The position numbers and the translations under genes are program-made. Below the pieces are notes generated by a model. The model was not told the DNA's origin. It was given only the letters and a program-made list of their open reading frames with translations, and searched no databases. 64,000 nucleotides of DNA, taken from contig CM120649.1 in NCBI GenBank assembly GCA_051362555.1, positions 17,498,567-17,562,566 of the forward strand. The letters are read 5' to 3'. Origin of the DNA: Lingula anatina. Its lineage: Eukaryota; Animalia; Brachiopoda. Below, piece after piece: positions 27,900 through 37,851 of the stretch; within the stretch, counting starts at the first letter, position 1, and each line of letters begins with the position of its first letter.

Positions 27900-28142
27900 G
27901 AGGGAGGGGAATGAGAGAAAGAGGGAGAGAGTGAGAGAGAGGGAGAAGGGCGAAAGACAGGAAGCAGGAGGCAGAAACAAGAGAGAAAGAAAGAGCTGGG
28001 GAGGAGAAAAGAGAGGCAGCGGGGAGGGAGAGAGAGAACAGAATCCCTTACCTGCAATCACCTCCTCAGTCCCACAAAGTTTCAGCACAGTCAGTGCCAC
28101 CACGTAAATCCAAACCTGCGGCATCCTGGCACTTTCTACCAT
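2112..28142 (-). CDS. Cad99C: Cadherin gene, PCDH15/Cad99C-like; 10 coding exons in window (signal peptide, EC1-EC3, start of EC4), 3' end lies beyond window start
   Basis: Exons 28142-28052, 22024-21941, 21728-21526, 21134-21045, 14838-14737, 9039-8935, 5438-5304, 5034-4929, 4698-4601, 2285-2112 all have AG/GT boundaries and matching phases. Motifs DINDNAP, ATDAD, LDYD, DGDDQNP, AIDQD, ATQQDNPDR. The two Cys in EC1 and the DGDD and ATQxDN motifs resemble PCDH15/Cad99C; orthology is inferred from recalled motifs. Confidence 0.85.
2340..4405. repeat. Intronic minisatellite, 37-bp unit made of 17-bp (tgtgacagtgtgttagg) and 20-bp (tgtgacagtagttttttgga) subunits
   Basis: Direct inspection; about 2 kb, highly homogeneous, with variant subunits. 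Confidence 0.97.
4601..4698 (-). CDS. Cadherin exon 9 (GDSSYFYIDHRTGNIFVQKDTLFRGREFFFQVK)
   Basis: F-x-I-D-x-x-T-G-x-I motif; ctttccag acceptor, gtatga donor; phase 1-0. Confidence 0.9.
4929..5034 (-). CDS. Cadherin exon 8 (NTQVHMFTPIFAIDQDTGINTGVLYTIERSDSTDT)
   Basis: AxDQD motif; tttctttctag acceptor, gtaggt donor; phase 0-1. Confidence 0.9.
5304..5438 (-). CDS. Cadherin exon 7 (DHPANGDPQFNTTVLLKVNITDGDDQNPKFLHPVYEGTVLENATR)
   Basis: DGDDxxP linker; ccctctcag acceptor, gtaaga donor; 135 nt. Confidence 0.95.
8935..9039 (-). CDS. Cadherin exon 6 (TYFDIPIPAQGKVTLNRSLDYDRGQRAMTVVIMAK)
   Basis: LDYD motif; tttacag acceptor, gtgagt donor; 105 nt. Confidence 0.95.
11612..11790. mobile_element. 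Decayed MITE with repeated tcctatagga palindromes
   Basis: Several ctatagga and cctaaagga motifs; ends ccttagagaa and ttccataagg. Confidence 0.45.
11890..12120. mobile_element. MITE family 2 (palindromic, cattccca...gatcga...tgggaa), diverged
   Basis: Long imperfect inverted arms; shares ttaattaccccct core with 35826-36035 and 54840-55055. Confidence 0.7.
14737..14838 (-). CDS. Cadherin exon 5 (LTPVGTTIVTDILATDADKDNSFIEYSILPGPNS)
   Basis: AxDxD motif; tctttcag acceptor, gtgagt donor; 102 nt. Confidence 0.95.
16292..16449. mobile_element. 158-bp MITE with internal tccgaaggttcat repeats and 8-bp TSD
   Basis: GGGG..CCCC ends, inverted cgatagtccgaaggttcatt arms, TSD GTTTCAAT at 16284-16291 and 16450-16457. 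Confidence 0.88.
20600..20950. mobile_element. MITE with about 32-bp imperfect TIRs containing tgcagcaaatttg
   Basis: cctaaacaaattttaagcttgcagcaaattt vs aaatttgctgcagactcaaattttttctaaggg. Confidence 0.65.
21045..21134 (-). CDS. Cadherin exon 4 (IPVRVTVIVTDINDNAPIFLKPVYTVEISE)
   Basis: Canonical DxNDNxP calcium linker; ctccag acceptor, gtaagt donor; 90 nt. Confidence 0.95.
21526..21728 (-). CDS. Cadherin exon 3 (EC1: SVIDYVNLTGTPQQI...KKPVDLD...VLDCVVKGAQVLN)
   Basis: Within ORF 21418-21756; tttaaag acceptor, gtaagt donor, phase 1-0. Confidence 0.9.
21941..22024 (-). CDS. Cadherin exon 2 (DPDPSLCNEIGTGAPVVFIQGVREDITNG)
   Basis: ttccacag acceptor, gtaagc donor, 84 nt, phase 1-1, xEx motif of EC1. 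Confidence 0.85.
24661..24771 (-). mobile_element. 5'-truncated RTE-type LINE 3' end with TSD
   Basis: Minus strand KSQAGLKAHMRACL* (zinc-finger-like ORF end), short 3' UTR, (GAT)n tail; flanked by cccatacactgta(cagta)ggccta direct repeats at 24642 and 24772. Confidence 0.7.
27159..27772 (+). mobile_element. Non-autonomous DNA transposon with perfect 77-bp TIRs, 8-bp TSD and an internal RecQ-like helicase fragment
   Basis: TIRs 27159-27235 and 27696-27772; GCAAAAGG at 27151-27158 and 27773-27780; 27462-27566 translates ELKPEQYDALHHYLLRDDVFCVLPTGYGKSLIFSL. Confidence 0.9.
27840..28040. repeat. (GT)n(GA)n microsatellite and purine tract in cadherin intron 1
   Basis: Direct inspection; other SSRs at 13842-13889, 21142-21176, 23698-23726, 29159-29208, 33709-33780, 33940-34025, 35551-35608, 36901-36933, 57197-57234, 58016-58072. 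Confidence 0.95.
28052..28142 (-). CDS. Cadherin exon 1: signal peptide MVESARMPQVWIYVVALTVLKLCGTEEVIA
   Basis: ATG at 28142, hydrophobic core, donor GCAG/GTAAGG, phase 1 matching the next exon. Confidence 0.8.
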
Positions 28143-28147
28143 TCAAA

Positions 28148-28204
28148 TGACGTCACGACTCTGTATACCCCTGCAATGACGTCACAGTAATTAGCGTGAC
28201 GTCA
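28148..28204. promoter_or_regulatory. Cluster of three perfect CRE palindromes (TGACGTCA) just upstream of the cadherin ATG
   Basis: TGACGTCA at 28148-55, 28177-84 and 28197-204; function is inferred. Confidence 0.5.
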
Positions 28205-29158
28205 CCTCATAGCAAAAGCGACGAAATCCGAAACAACACAACCGCAGCGTAGTATATTCCTTAGGAAAAATGGTACAATATACGCTTCCCGAGGGCTTTA
28301 ATCACGACAAATCCTTTGCCCCAAATAACGCCTCACTATCTCCCCAATGTTGAAGTTGTAATCCTAAAGTATATGCACTGCCAGGCAGGCAGCCCTAACA
28401 TCCGAATTGATGAGAGATATTCCTGTCTTCAGCTCCCAGGGTCCTTAATTGGAGGCGTTGTTTATGAAAACAGCGTGTGTATATCATGCGGGTTCTCTGT
28501 AACGGAAACTGCCCGCGACTGTCTTTTTTTCTCTCTTAACGTCTCTAGCTGTCTCCTTTGTGTGAAAGTCGTCCTCTGTGTTTTAGGTGTAGTTAAATTT
28601 CCTCCACGCACTTGTGTCTTCGCTGGTTGTTATCTGAACTGTAAGCGTGGTAAGACTTCCCTCCAATCATCACTTAGTTATCTGCGTGGGGCGTTACTGA
28701 TACCCACGTCCGCGAAACAAGGGCCTCGTTTTTTTTCTGTGAACAAAAATAAATAGAAAAATAAAGTATCCTATGTTTTCAAAGCACCATGCAATCATAA
28801 TTACACAATTTCCCTATTAATCTGCCTGGCAGTTTTCAAATTATACATGTATAACACTGCACCGGAGTACTAATTTTATGTCCGTGTTGGCAGTGTCGCA
28901 ACAGTTTTCTTGGTCTCTGTGAACAAAATAGACACGCTGATAACGGCTCAATACATGGCGCAGGTACAAGATAGGACACTGTAAAAGACTTAATCGCCCG
29001 ATGCGGGTTATTAACGTGGCTATCTATAGTTTGTAGAAAGGATAGCGGTTAAAACCTTCCGCTGCGTCAACCACCCCGTGTGTTACAGTGTACAGCGTTT
29101 ACTTAAATTTGCCCCTAAAATATCGGCAAAAATAAAGTCTCCCTTTTTCTACAACTGT

Positions 29159-29209
<51 letters not shown>

Positions 29210-29359
29210 GGCTATCTGAAACTGTTACTTTCATGTAAATATTTCATCTAAAAATTGTGATCGATATATGCAGTGCATTTCCTACGATATCCTTCTGTTA
29301 TTTCCAATGGCTGTATATATACATGTAGTACTCGTTACATGGAGAGCTATGGAGAGTGG

Positions 29360-29492
29360 CAGGGGCGGATTTAGGCCGTCTTCTGGGTCTTCCGGAAGAC
29401 GGTCAGATTTTCAAGTTTACAATGAAGGGTATCTTATGTTTTCTGTCGGAAGACGGTCAAAATAGAGAATGGATCAACAAAGATAATTTGGT
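29360..29492. mobile_element. MITE family 1 copy, 3'-truncated
   Basis: caggggcggatttaggccgtcttctgggtcttccggaagacggtcag is identical to the 31935 copy. Confidence 0.85.
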
Positions 29493-30555
29493 TTGATTTG
29501 TGTCGGAAATAAGAGTCTTTATCACTTATTTTTAATGAATGTTTAATACTGATTTTTATTGTTCAGAAAAGGATACCCTTCCTTTCGACACAAGCTCTCA
29601 CAAAGTTTTATCAGAATATATATGCACTGCAAATACTAACAATGCCTCTTATTTTGCATACAAGTATCCCTGTGTGTTAGAAGCAGCTGTTAAAAGTAAA
29701 GCGAACGAATTCAAACAACGCATCGTGTTTTCCCCCATGAAGTTTCAAAATGTCTATTCGAAAGTAGAGCTTTAACTCCTTTGAATCCAAATTTCGCTCG
29801 GACCGACCCCATAAAAAATTAACACACAAAAATTTCCTCCGTTGGACATTTGTAATAAAATATATTTCAGGATCTATGAGCAATGTAGCAGCTTGAACGT
29901 AAATCCCCGAAGTACATGTACGTACCAGGCGTCTATTTATTGATCTGAGCATCATAAAGCATTTAACACGTCATTATTGTTTCCGTTTAGTAAAATTGTG
30001 ATAATAACATAGGCCAGACTACAAGTGATGACAAAATATTTCTGAAGTTGGCCTATTGATAATATATCAGTACTCAAAATATTAACGTGTATTGTCTAAT
30101 GTGTTAATTACAAACTAATGATTTACGATGCTCACAAGAAACGTTAATATGTAATAAAAGGGCATTTACGTTATAATCAGTTTACAAACCTGATGAGCAG
30201 ATTTCAATAGCTAGATGTATAAATTCCATATATTGTATATGGAATTTTACGAAGTAGTTATGGAATGTTGATAAAGCATATCAGTACTCAGAATGCTGAA
30301 ATGTATTGTCTAACGTGTTATTAACAGTAACATAACATTTATTAACATCGGAAACCAAAGATCGGCATTGAAATGGCAGGATGTGCTTTTAATACGCATA
30401 TTTGGCACCAGTATTTTTAATCAGGCTTGGAAATCGACTAAAATCTGGCTATGACCACGTGCGAGCTCCCCCCCCCCCCCCCTCCCCACCCACATCGCCT
30501 TTGACGTCCCTCTGTTAGGGCTCAGCTAGGTGAAGGCGTCTTTTTTCTTTCCTGG

Positions 30556-30733
30556 TCCCTGTTTCACAAAAAAAAAAAACTTACGTCAAGTTCCTGGCTA
30601 AGAACTTAATTACCAAGGTAACATGGTCACATGGGCACATCTCATCCTATCAGGCACAGTGTTACAGCACTCTCATGGAAATCCTAGTCAGCTAAGCCAG
30701 GGAACTGACTTGAGATTTTTTGTGAAACTGGGA
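30556..30733. mobile_element. Palindromic MITE (Harbinger-like ends)
   Basis: gtttcacaaaaaa...gttcctggct and agccagggaac...ttttttgtgaaac inverted arms. Confidence 0.65.
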
Positions 30734-31934
30734 ACGGAAATGTGTACAGAATTAGCCTGAGGGATATCTGTGACTATCCTAGTGAGAAAATTCTATCTGT
30801 GACCCTTGTAGAGGGTAGTCTTAAACTGTGTAGCCACAAATTAGGAATACCGTGTTTATCAATTAGAATCTGAAAGCTACAATTACTTATCCTAAACAGT
30901 TTTTGCCTGAGTCATTTAATGGTCTACAATTATTTTCACGCTCCTGTTTTTCATCAGATAACTTGTTAGTAATTTACCAGCCGTCAAGTCCCAGTGTGGG
31001 GGTTTAGTTTGAGAGGCATCTACTCAGATCTACTTTGGATATTGCCGTTAAAGCTTCTAAGGTAATCACGAACACGCCCGTGGCACAGGTAATGGAGATT
31101 GAAATGCGCACACGCTAACGCGCACTCGCGAGCGCAACACACACAGATACACTCACGCACAATCAACCCTAAATCCTCTGAATTATGGACTTATGAGGCA
31201 CGGTCAGTTTATACGTATACCCACAGGAGACCTTCCAGAATGGTTCCCTGTCGTTATAATGTCCGGCAATTAGAATACCTTGGCGACAACCTGTGGTTAT
31301 ATTTTCTACCACCAGGACATAATGTGTTCAAGATATATCGTTTGATCGAGCAGGAGGAATGAAGCCCGACCCGGAGCCTTGGGCTCATGCACGGTAAATA
31401 ATCACCGCCGCTCACTGCCATTGGTTATATTTTTACTGTGGTAATTAATGGAAAATACGGGTCGGAATGGACGACATTGAGATTTTCACCCAGAATAACG
31501 GAGTACCGATTTCAGGTGTCCTATATACCAGTGGTGCCTGCATGTAATATTGTCGTGTGTATCAGGGCGATCAATGTAATAGTCAGTGTAACAGCGATAG
31601 AATCGTTGTCTCTGATATGAAAATCGGGACGATGCCTCCTGGGGATGTTTTTACCCATTTATCTTCCCCCTCCTCTCTCGTCAATAATTCACCACCCACC
31701 ACCGATCACCACCTTATAATGGATAACGCACCGCCTCCCTTCACGTAACATTTAATACGGTTGTTCACACACTCGGTCAAACAGTATAATACAGTATACT
31801 ATAGTAAATAGTATAGTATATAGTATGTAGTATAGTACAGTACCGATATAGTACCCTCCGCGAGTCTGTTCAGGTGCGTCTGTATTGATCTCTATATATG
31901 CATTTATATACCAGTGTGACCATACACATTGTGG

Positions 31935-32102
31935 CAGGGGCGGATTTAGGCCGTCTTCTGGGTCTTCCGGAAGACGGTCAGATTTTCAAGCTTACATTGA
32001 CAGGTATCCAATTTTTCATGTTGGAAGACGGTCAGAATTAGAGGGTGAATCAACAAAGATAATTTGGAAGACTGTCAGAAAATAGTTCTGGGTCCGCCCC
32101 TG
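31935..32102. mobile_element. MITE family 1 full copy
   Basis: TIR caggggcgga...tccgcccctg. Confidence 0.88.
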
Positions 32103-33708
32103 TTGTGTGTGTATATGAAATAGGTTTAGATGACCATGGCGCTGACCCCGATTCGATTATGACTGTTCAAATGATTTCCCCTTTTTTAACAGCAGATTTT
32201 AACAGACCGTCTTCATTAAGTCGGTACAGTTTCAATAGTTTCATGGAAACGACACGCCACACGTTTATTTTTCTGAAAAGCTGAAAAGAGGGTGAAGCCT
32301 TCTCTTTTTTTATTTTATTTCAATCTTAGGGTTTTCCACCTCCCTCTCCCTCTCTCTCTGTCTCTCGCTCTCTCTCTCTCTTTCTCACACACGCGCGTGC
32401 GTGTGCCTTATCCTCACTTTCAGCCTCACGGCGCTGAATGTTGTATGATACCAACTTAAGAATTCTTTGAAACAGATTCAATGCAGTTCTAAAACATCAC
32501 TCATTTTTTTTTTTTTTTTTTTTTTGGGGGGGGGGGGGGGGATTCCATTGATTTAGCTTATAACTTCTCTAACTGCCACATATTTATTAATCGGTGGACC
32601 CAACCACTTCCTGTTTGCATTACCCTCTACCAGGGTGGCTGATTATATAGGGAAAATGGCAAAATTCAGAGATAGTAAAATGACCGTCTATTTATCTAAA
32701 GACACATCTGTGAATATCCTGTGAAAAGTCAATCTGTGGCCCTGGTAGACGGTAGTATTGCACCTAGCCATTGTGTTGCTGCAGATTTCCCTGGTCGCGT
32801 ACGGATTACCGTGTCGCACTCTCCTGCGATAGACTTCACTGGGCAGAGTCGTAATCCGTAAGACGATTTGTTAAAAAGAGGGTTAGTTTTACAGCGGTTT
32901 TGGCGTTTTCTATAAAGGCATCACTAACGCGATAAGTGTTGCAGAAGTTACCTGAATGAAGTCGATTGTCGATACTATGTTTTATATTTACCACTATTGT
33001 CGAAATTCAAGGTCACGTGCGGGGTCTCCCACTGTCGAGGCACAAATAAAGAACAGTGAAGAGAACAGATATTCAAGAAAACGCGATTGGAAACAGTTTA
33101 TGAATGAATGAAGGGGTGAATAAATGCAATGAGATACGCAGCTAAAAAACGCCATCACAATCCCTTGCGTGATTTATTTCACAACAAAATTCGTCGACAA
33201 AATTAATCAAATACCTTTATTCTATCTTGCGAAGTCCCTCGTCACAGGATACGCTCAGAGCATGTAGCGCCGACTTCGATTTTGAATAGTCACATCCTAA
33301 TCAGCAGCGGCAACATTATTAGTGCGATGATGCAAGTAGAAATCCATGTCTGTTCTCCGACCCGCAGGGTGAGTACACACACAGTTTAAACACACTGTCT
33401 TACTCGCAGGGTGCGCACATTCATCAAACGAGTCCGTTTATTATATGTGTAAATATATGTAAAATGAAGAGGTCATTGCAGTTATGACATTGTGTATCAC
33501 TGAGACTTTCGAATTGGTATAAATAAATTTTACCCTTTGGAAGTTCCTGATGTCTCATGAATCATTTTCGTTTTTCTGTTTGTTAAGTTGTCTGAACTTG
33601 CCAATTTCCACTTCCACCCCCCCCCCCCCCGGCTTAAAGTCCACCCCCTTCCCACCCACCCCCTCTGATACCTCCCAAAAGGAGGCATGAGTGTCCTACG
33701 ATGCTACG

Positions 33709-33778
<70 letters not shown>

Positions 33779-33939
33779 ACAGTCCTTACGTTCAAATGTT
33801 TCATGAATGCTTCCCACATAGCATTCAACAAGACCGCTATGAATCAGGTTCTTGGGGCGACACCCTTATTTTCTATTTCTACTGCATGACGGCACGGAGT
33901 TCCTTTAACACTCAACTATACCGTTTAACATCACTGTAC

Positions 33940-34029
<90 letters not shown>

Positions 34030-34269
34030 GATAGAACTACCACTATTTTGATTAAATCCTACTTTTTTTAAAAAAAAATTTAACAGAGACATTCACTGCA
34101 AGTAAAAATCTCAACAAAACCACCGTTTACCTATAGGCCTACGACTTCCACCCTTCGAATTGAATGAACTAATCTTGTTTATATTACGACGCCTCTGCCA
34201 TTGTCACAATTTTCTACTTCAAAAAATCCATACCCAGCCTTTGCTGAATCACAAAAATCAAAACCTTAC

Positions 34270-34600
34270 CTGTATCATGAAAGTCCAACTGAAATGCTCA
34301 CCTGTCCAGCGTTTCGTTTAAAGGTAAGATCTACACAGGTGGGTGGAAGTCATTTACCCTCTGCCAGGTATTCCCACTACCATTCAACCTATTAGTCGTA
34401 TTGCTTTAAGGCTGTATAGGTTGTAAGGCATGCCTGCACTTAAAGAAAATCTCTCAGCTGGCTTAGCGTGAGAACTGAGAGTTGTGGACGGTGTGCGCAT
34501 GCGTGGCTATTGTGACAACGCTGTCGGAGGGTCAACAGGGTGAAACGGGACAATGTGGCGGTACGGTCAAGTGACGTGACCATGTATTCAGAGTCTGACT
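34270..34600 (-). promoter_or_regulatory. Candidate cadherin promoter and non-coding first exon
   Basis: CpG-rich; NRF1-like gtgcgcatgcg at about 34493; minus-strand Inr-like TCAGTT at about 34475; donors CAG/GTGAGC (34302) and CAG/GTAAGG (34270). Confidence 0.4.
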
Positions 34601-35548
34601 TCATACAGGTGTCGTTACCCTCCACGGAGGAAACCCAGGGTATTCTCAGAGTTGTCGATATGGTAGTGCGCAAAATGCGTAGATCTTTTGTCCGCCGTCT
34701 TGTTAACAATGGAACATCAATGGAAATAGTAAACACTGGAAGTTTGCCCTACATTTAGATGAAATTTAGAGAGCGTGAAATGCAGTTAAGTCTTTCCTGA
34801 ATTAAAACGTATGTTACAGTATGCGAATAACGCATTATTTACACAAATAAGCCAAAATGAACCGCAAATGTATCTCAAAATATTTTAATTCTTTAGCGTA
34901 GCTTGAAGCAAGTGACAATTTGTCTCTGTTACGATTGTTTAAACTTTACAATTTATCAGTCATTAAATTGGGGATTCGATCCGTGGGAGGATAATGTAAT
35001 AGCCAGTGACTGCGCTTTCTTGGAAGTCGTTTAGCGATTGCGATAGTTGTGCAACGACATAATGTACGATTGCGTCGCACTCGGTGGTCCCCGGGTATGG
35101 TTTTCGTTATTTTCATTGGGTGGAATGTTCATGCTGAAGGCGGGTCCAAGGGAGGGCACAGCTAGCAGGCTAAAACTATAGCTGCACACGGAATCAAGCA
35201 ACTGGGAGTATATATACACACAACCATAACGTGATCGTCAGTTTGATTGAATGATCAAGATCATTTTTACTGACTCATCTGTTTTATCCACAACGTCTAA
35301 CCGTTGGTAAATGACAGATGTTTTGATAACCTTGTGAGCCCAGGAGAACACTTCCTCTGTAGCACGCTCGCATCATTAAACAGATATAATTGCTGTAATT
35401 TGTTTTATGCGCTTTGTGACTCCCAGTGGATACCGTGGAAGGTGTCTGTATCATGTTTTCTCCATATCTATTTATCTTTAGTTATCTTTAGTTTATCTTT
35501 AGTTCAGTTAGTTATTTCATTGTAATTTATCTGTTCACAATCTACATT

Positions 35549-35609
<61 letters not shown>

Positions 35610-35674
35610 GCTGTTAATTGATATATATTTATTTCCAGTTCCAGTTTTTTGTTCCAAATGCATTTCTTGTCAGT

Positions 35675-35726
<52 letters not shown>

Positions 35727-35825
35727 ACTTGCTCATGAATCGACCCATCCAGGTTACTTCATTTTAGGGTTTCCATTGTTTGTAAGGTTTACTTTGGAAA
35801 GATATGAAGCATTTCAAGGTAGTTT

Positions 35826-36035
35826 TAGGGACCATTCCCATGTTCTATCGTATTAGCAGGATCGATCTATCTCCGAGGGGTTTCTAGCTAAAATGCATCT
35901 AGTTTAAGCGTGCACAAAAATTAATTACCCCCTTCAGTGGGTGTGACAGACTTGTAAGCTGAATGCAATTGAGAGAGAATCCCCTCGGTGTTAGATCGAT
36001 CCTGCTTGTACGATAGGTTTATGGGAACCCAGTCA
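35826..36035. mobile_element. MITE family 2 copy (duplicated at 54840-55055)
   Basis: Arms ctatcgta..agcaggatcgatcta and tagatcgatcctgct..tacgatag; predates the duplication. Confidence 0.75.
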
Positions 36036-36897
36036 TAAACAAACTTTGGCTCTGGGACCTTTTCAAAGGTGTATAGTATAACGAGTACCTTTTAATTTTA
36101 TGTAAATACATAAGCTAATGAAAAACAGCCATACGACTTGACGAGGTCTGTAAACCTGGTACGTTATACTCTTTACAATCAAATAAGTCCCATCTCATTC
36201 TTAGGGCATAATGCACATGGTTTTCAGGTGCAACAGACTGTAGATTTATCAGAAATAAAAATAATAAAAAGTTCCATTTGTAAATGAAATAATCCGAAAA
36301 TGAATAAAGTAAATCAATATGTTATGAATGAATATTTTATGATATGACAGAGGAAATGAGATTAGGATGAGTTAACAGGGGCACCCAAGCACTCAGCTAC
36401 TGGTAGATTAACAAAAAACGATAAAAGACGTGAATATTTTATGACTTACAACAGCGCGATAGAAAATCAGCAGACGAGAAAGAGAAAGGGGTGTTCTCTA
36501 TAACCTACAAAATATGAGCGAACAGCTAGCTTTGAGGTTAGGCCACAAAGGAGGAAAAAAACTAGACGCTGTAAGTGATAATGGACAGGAAATAGTTAAA
36601 AGCGTTCAATGAGCGTTGAGCATTTATATAGCAAAAGTGGTTTTTCCTGTAAACAGTAAAAGGTTTACCCATGTCGTGGTGTTTTGCTTGCACTTCTGCT
36701 AGTGGTCAGTTCCCAGCCCCCCCCCCCCCCCCCCCAAAAAAAAAAAAAAGAAAGAAAAAAAAAAGTGAGTCAGTTCTCTGGCTTTTTTTACAAGGGTGTA
36801 AGACTGTTCCTGATAGGATCAGATGTATCTTAGGTAACAAAGATGTTAGCCACTGGAATTGCCTAAATTTTTCTGCGAAACCGTGGCCAGGTTTGCC

Positions 36898-36935
<38 letters not shown>

Positions 36936-37766
36936 ATCACGAGTGTCGGTTTTCATCTTTATTTATATTTCCTAGTTATTTGTTTTCATTTCTTTTTTTC
37001 CTGCGTTCCGCCTGTTTAACCTTTTTAACTTCTCGAATCCGAGTCACAATCAATGCGCCAACAGTTCCCCCGATAAAGTCAGATCACGGTTGTCACGTTA
37101 CAGATATTTACTTTTTCACGATTTATGCGTCGTGCTATCATCATAAATCAATCGCAGTTTACCTTCTAAGGGCGGCAACTTCCACTAATTAAACAATAGG
37201 ACGAGCGGCATTTAGGTTTTCATTAACACATATCTTCCTAACAACCAATTGCAAACAACAATCAATACGCCAACAGTTTCCTTGAAAACCAGAGCATATT
37301 TTTGTCATGCTGTTACAGTGATTGGCATGTGCGTTATGATACCATCATAAAGCGTCCGCTTCTCACCTTCTGGGGGCGGCAACTTCCATAGGTAAAGCAG
37401 TAGGACGAAAGCCATTTTGGCTTTCAAAAACACATATACCTGAATGACGTCACCTAGTAAGCAGTCAACATACCTTTCACAGGACATTCTATAATTTGCA
37501 GTGGTTCACACGTCAAAGTGTCCAACCACTCTTTAGATTGACGATATAACAGCTCAGTTGCCCGATATTTATATATAGTCTTCTGCTTGGCTGCCGCCGT
37601 CAACATATACGATTGGGAATCCGTTCTGTTTTCATAATCGTGACAGTGCATAAAAAATAGACCTGCATGCTGCTCACCGAGTTCACAGTTTTTTCGGCAA
37701 TTCTGTAAATGGCAAGTAAAAGTATAAAAGAGTAGAAAGCGGAATGAGAATATGCTGAAAGAGACT

Positions 37767-37851
37767 ATGGGGTATTTCAGCTGTTACAAGATTTCCATAA
37801 AGTTAGTGATTTTATTGATGTCAGGATTTTATGCAGACGGTCAAGTTTGCG
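37767..37851 (+). CDS. Paralogue A exon 1, signal peptide (MGYFSCYKISIKLVILLMSGFYADGQVC)
   Basis: actATGg context, GCG/GTAAGT donor, conserved at 56262-56355 with an in-frame 9-nt indel; an upstream in-frame ATG at 37752 exists only in A. Confidence 0.75.

Noticed and set aside
29268-29465. Repeated peptide GRGGFRPSSGSSGRRSDFQ (also 31885-32085)
   Set aside because: Translation of MITE family 1, not a gene family
33320-33375. Plus-strand donor CAGG/GTGAGT in CpG-rich DNA
   Set aside because: No convincing ORF or partner acceptor; a transcript cannot be supported
36671-37192. 173-aa ORF and similar ORFs at 13798, 23848-24270, 27752, 33634-34071 and 57877
   Set aside because: Driven by microsatellites and homopolymers; frame not conserved in the duplicate where one exists
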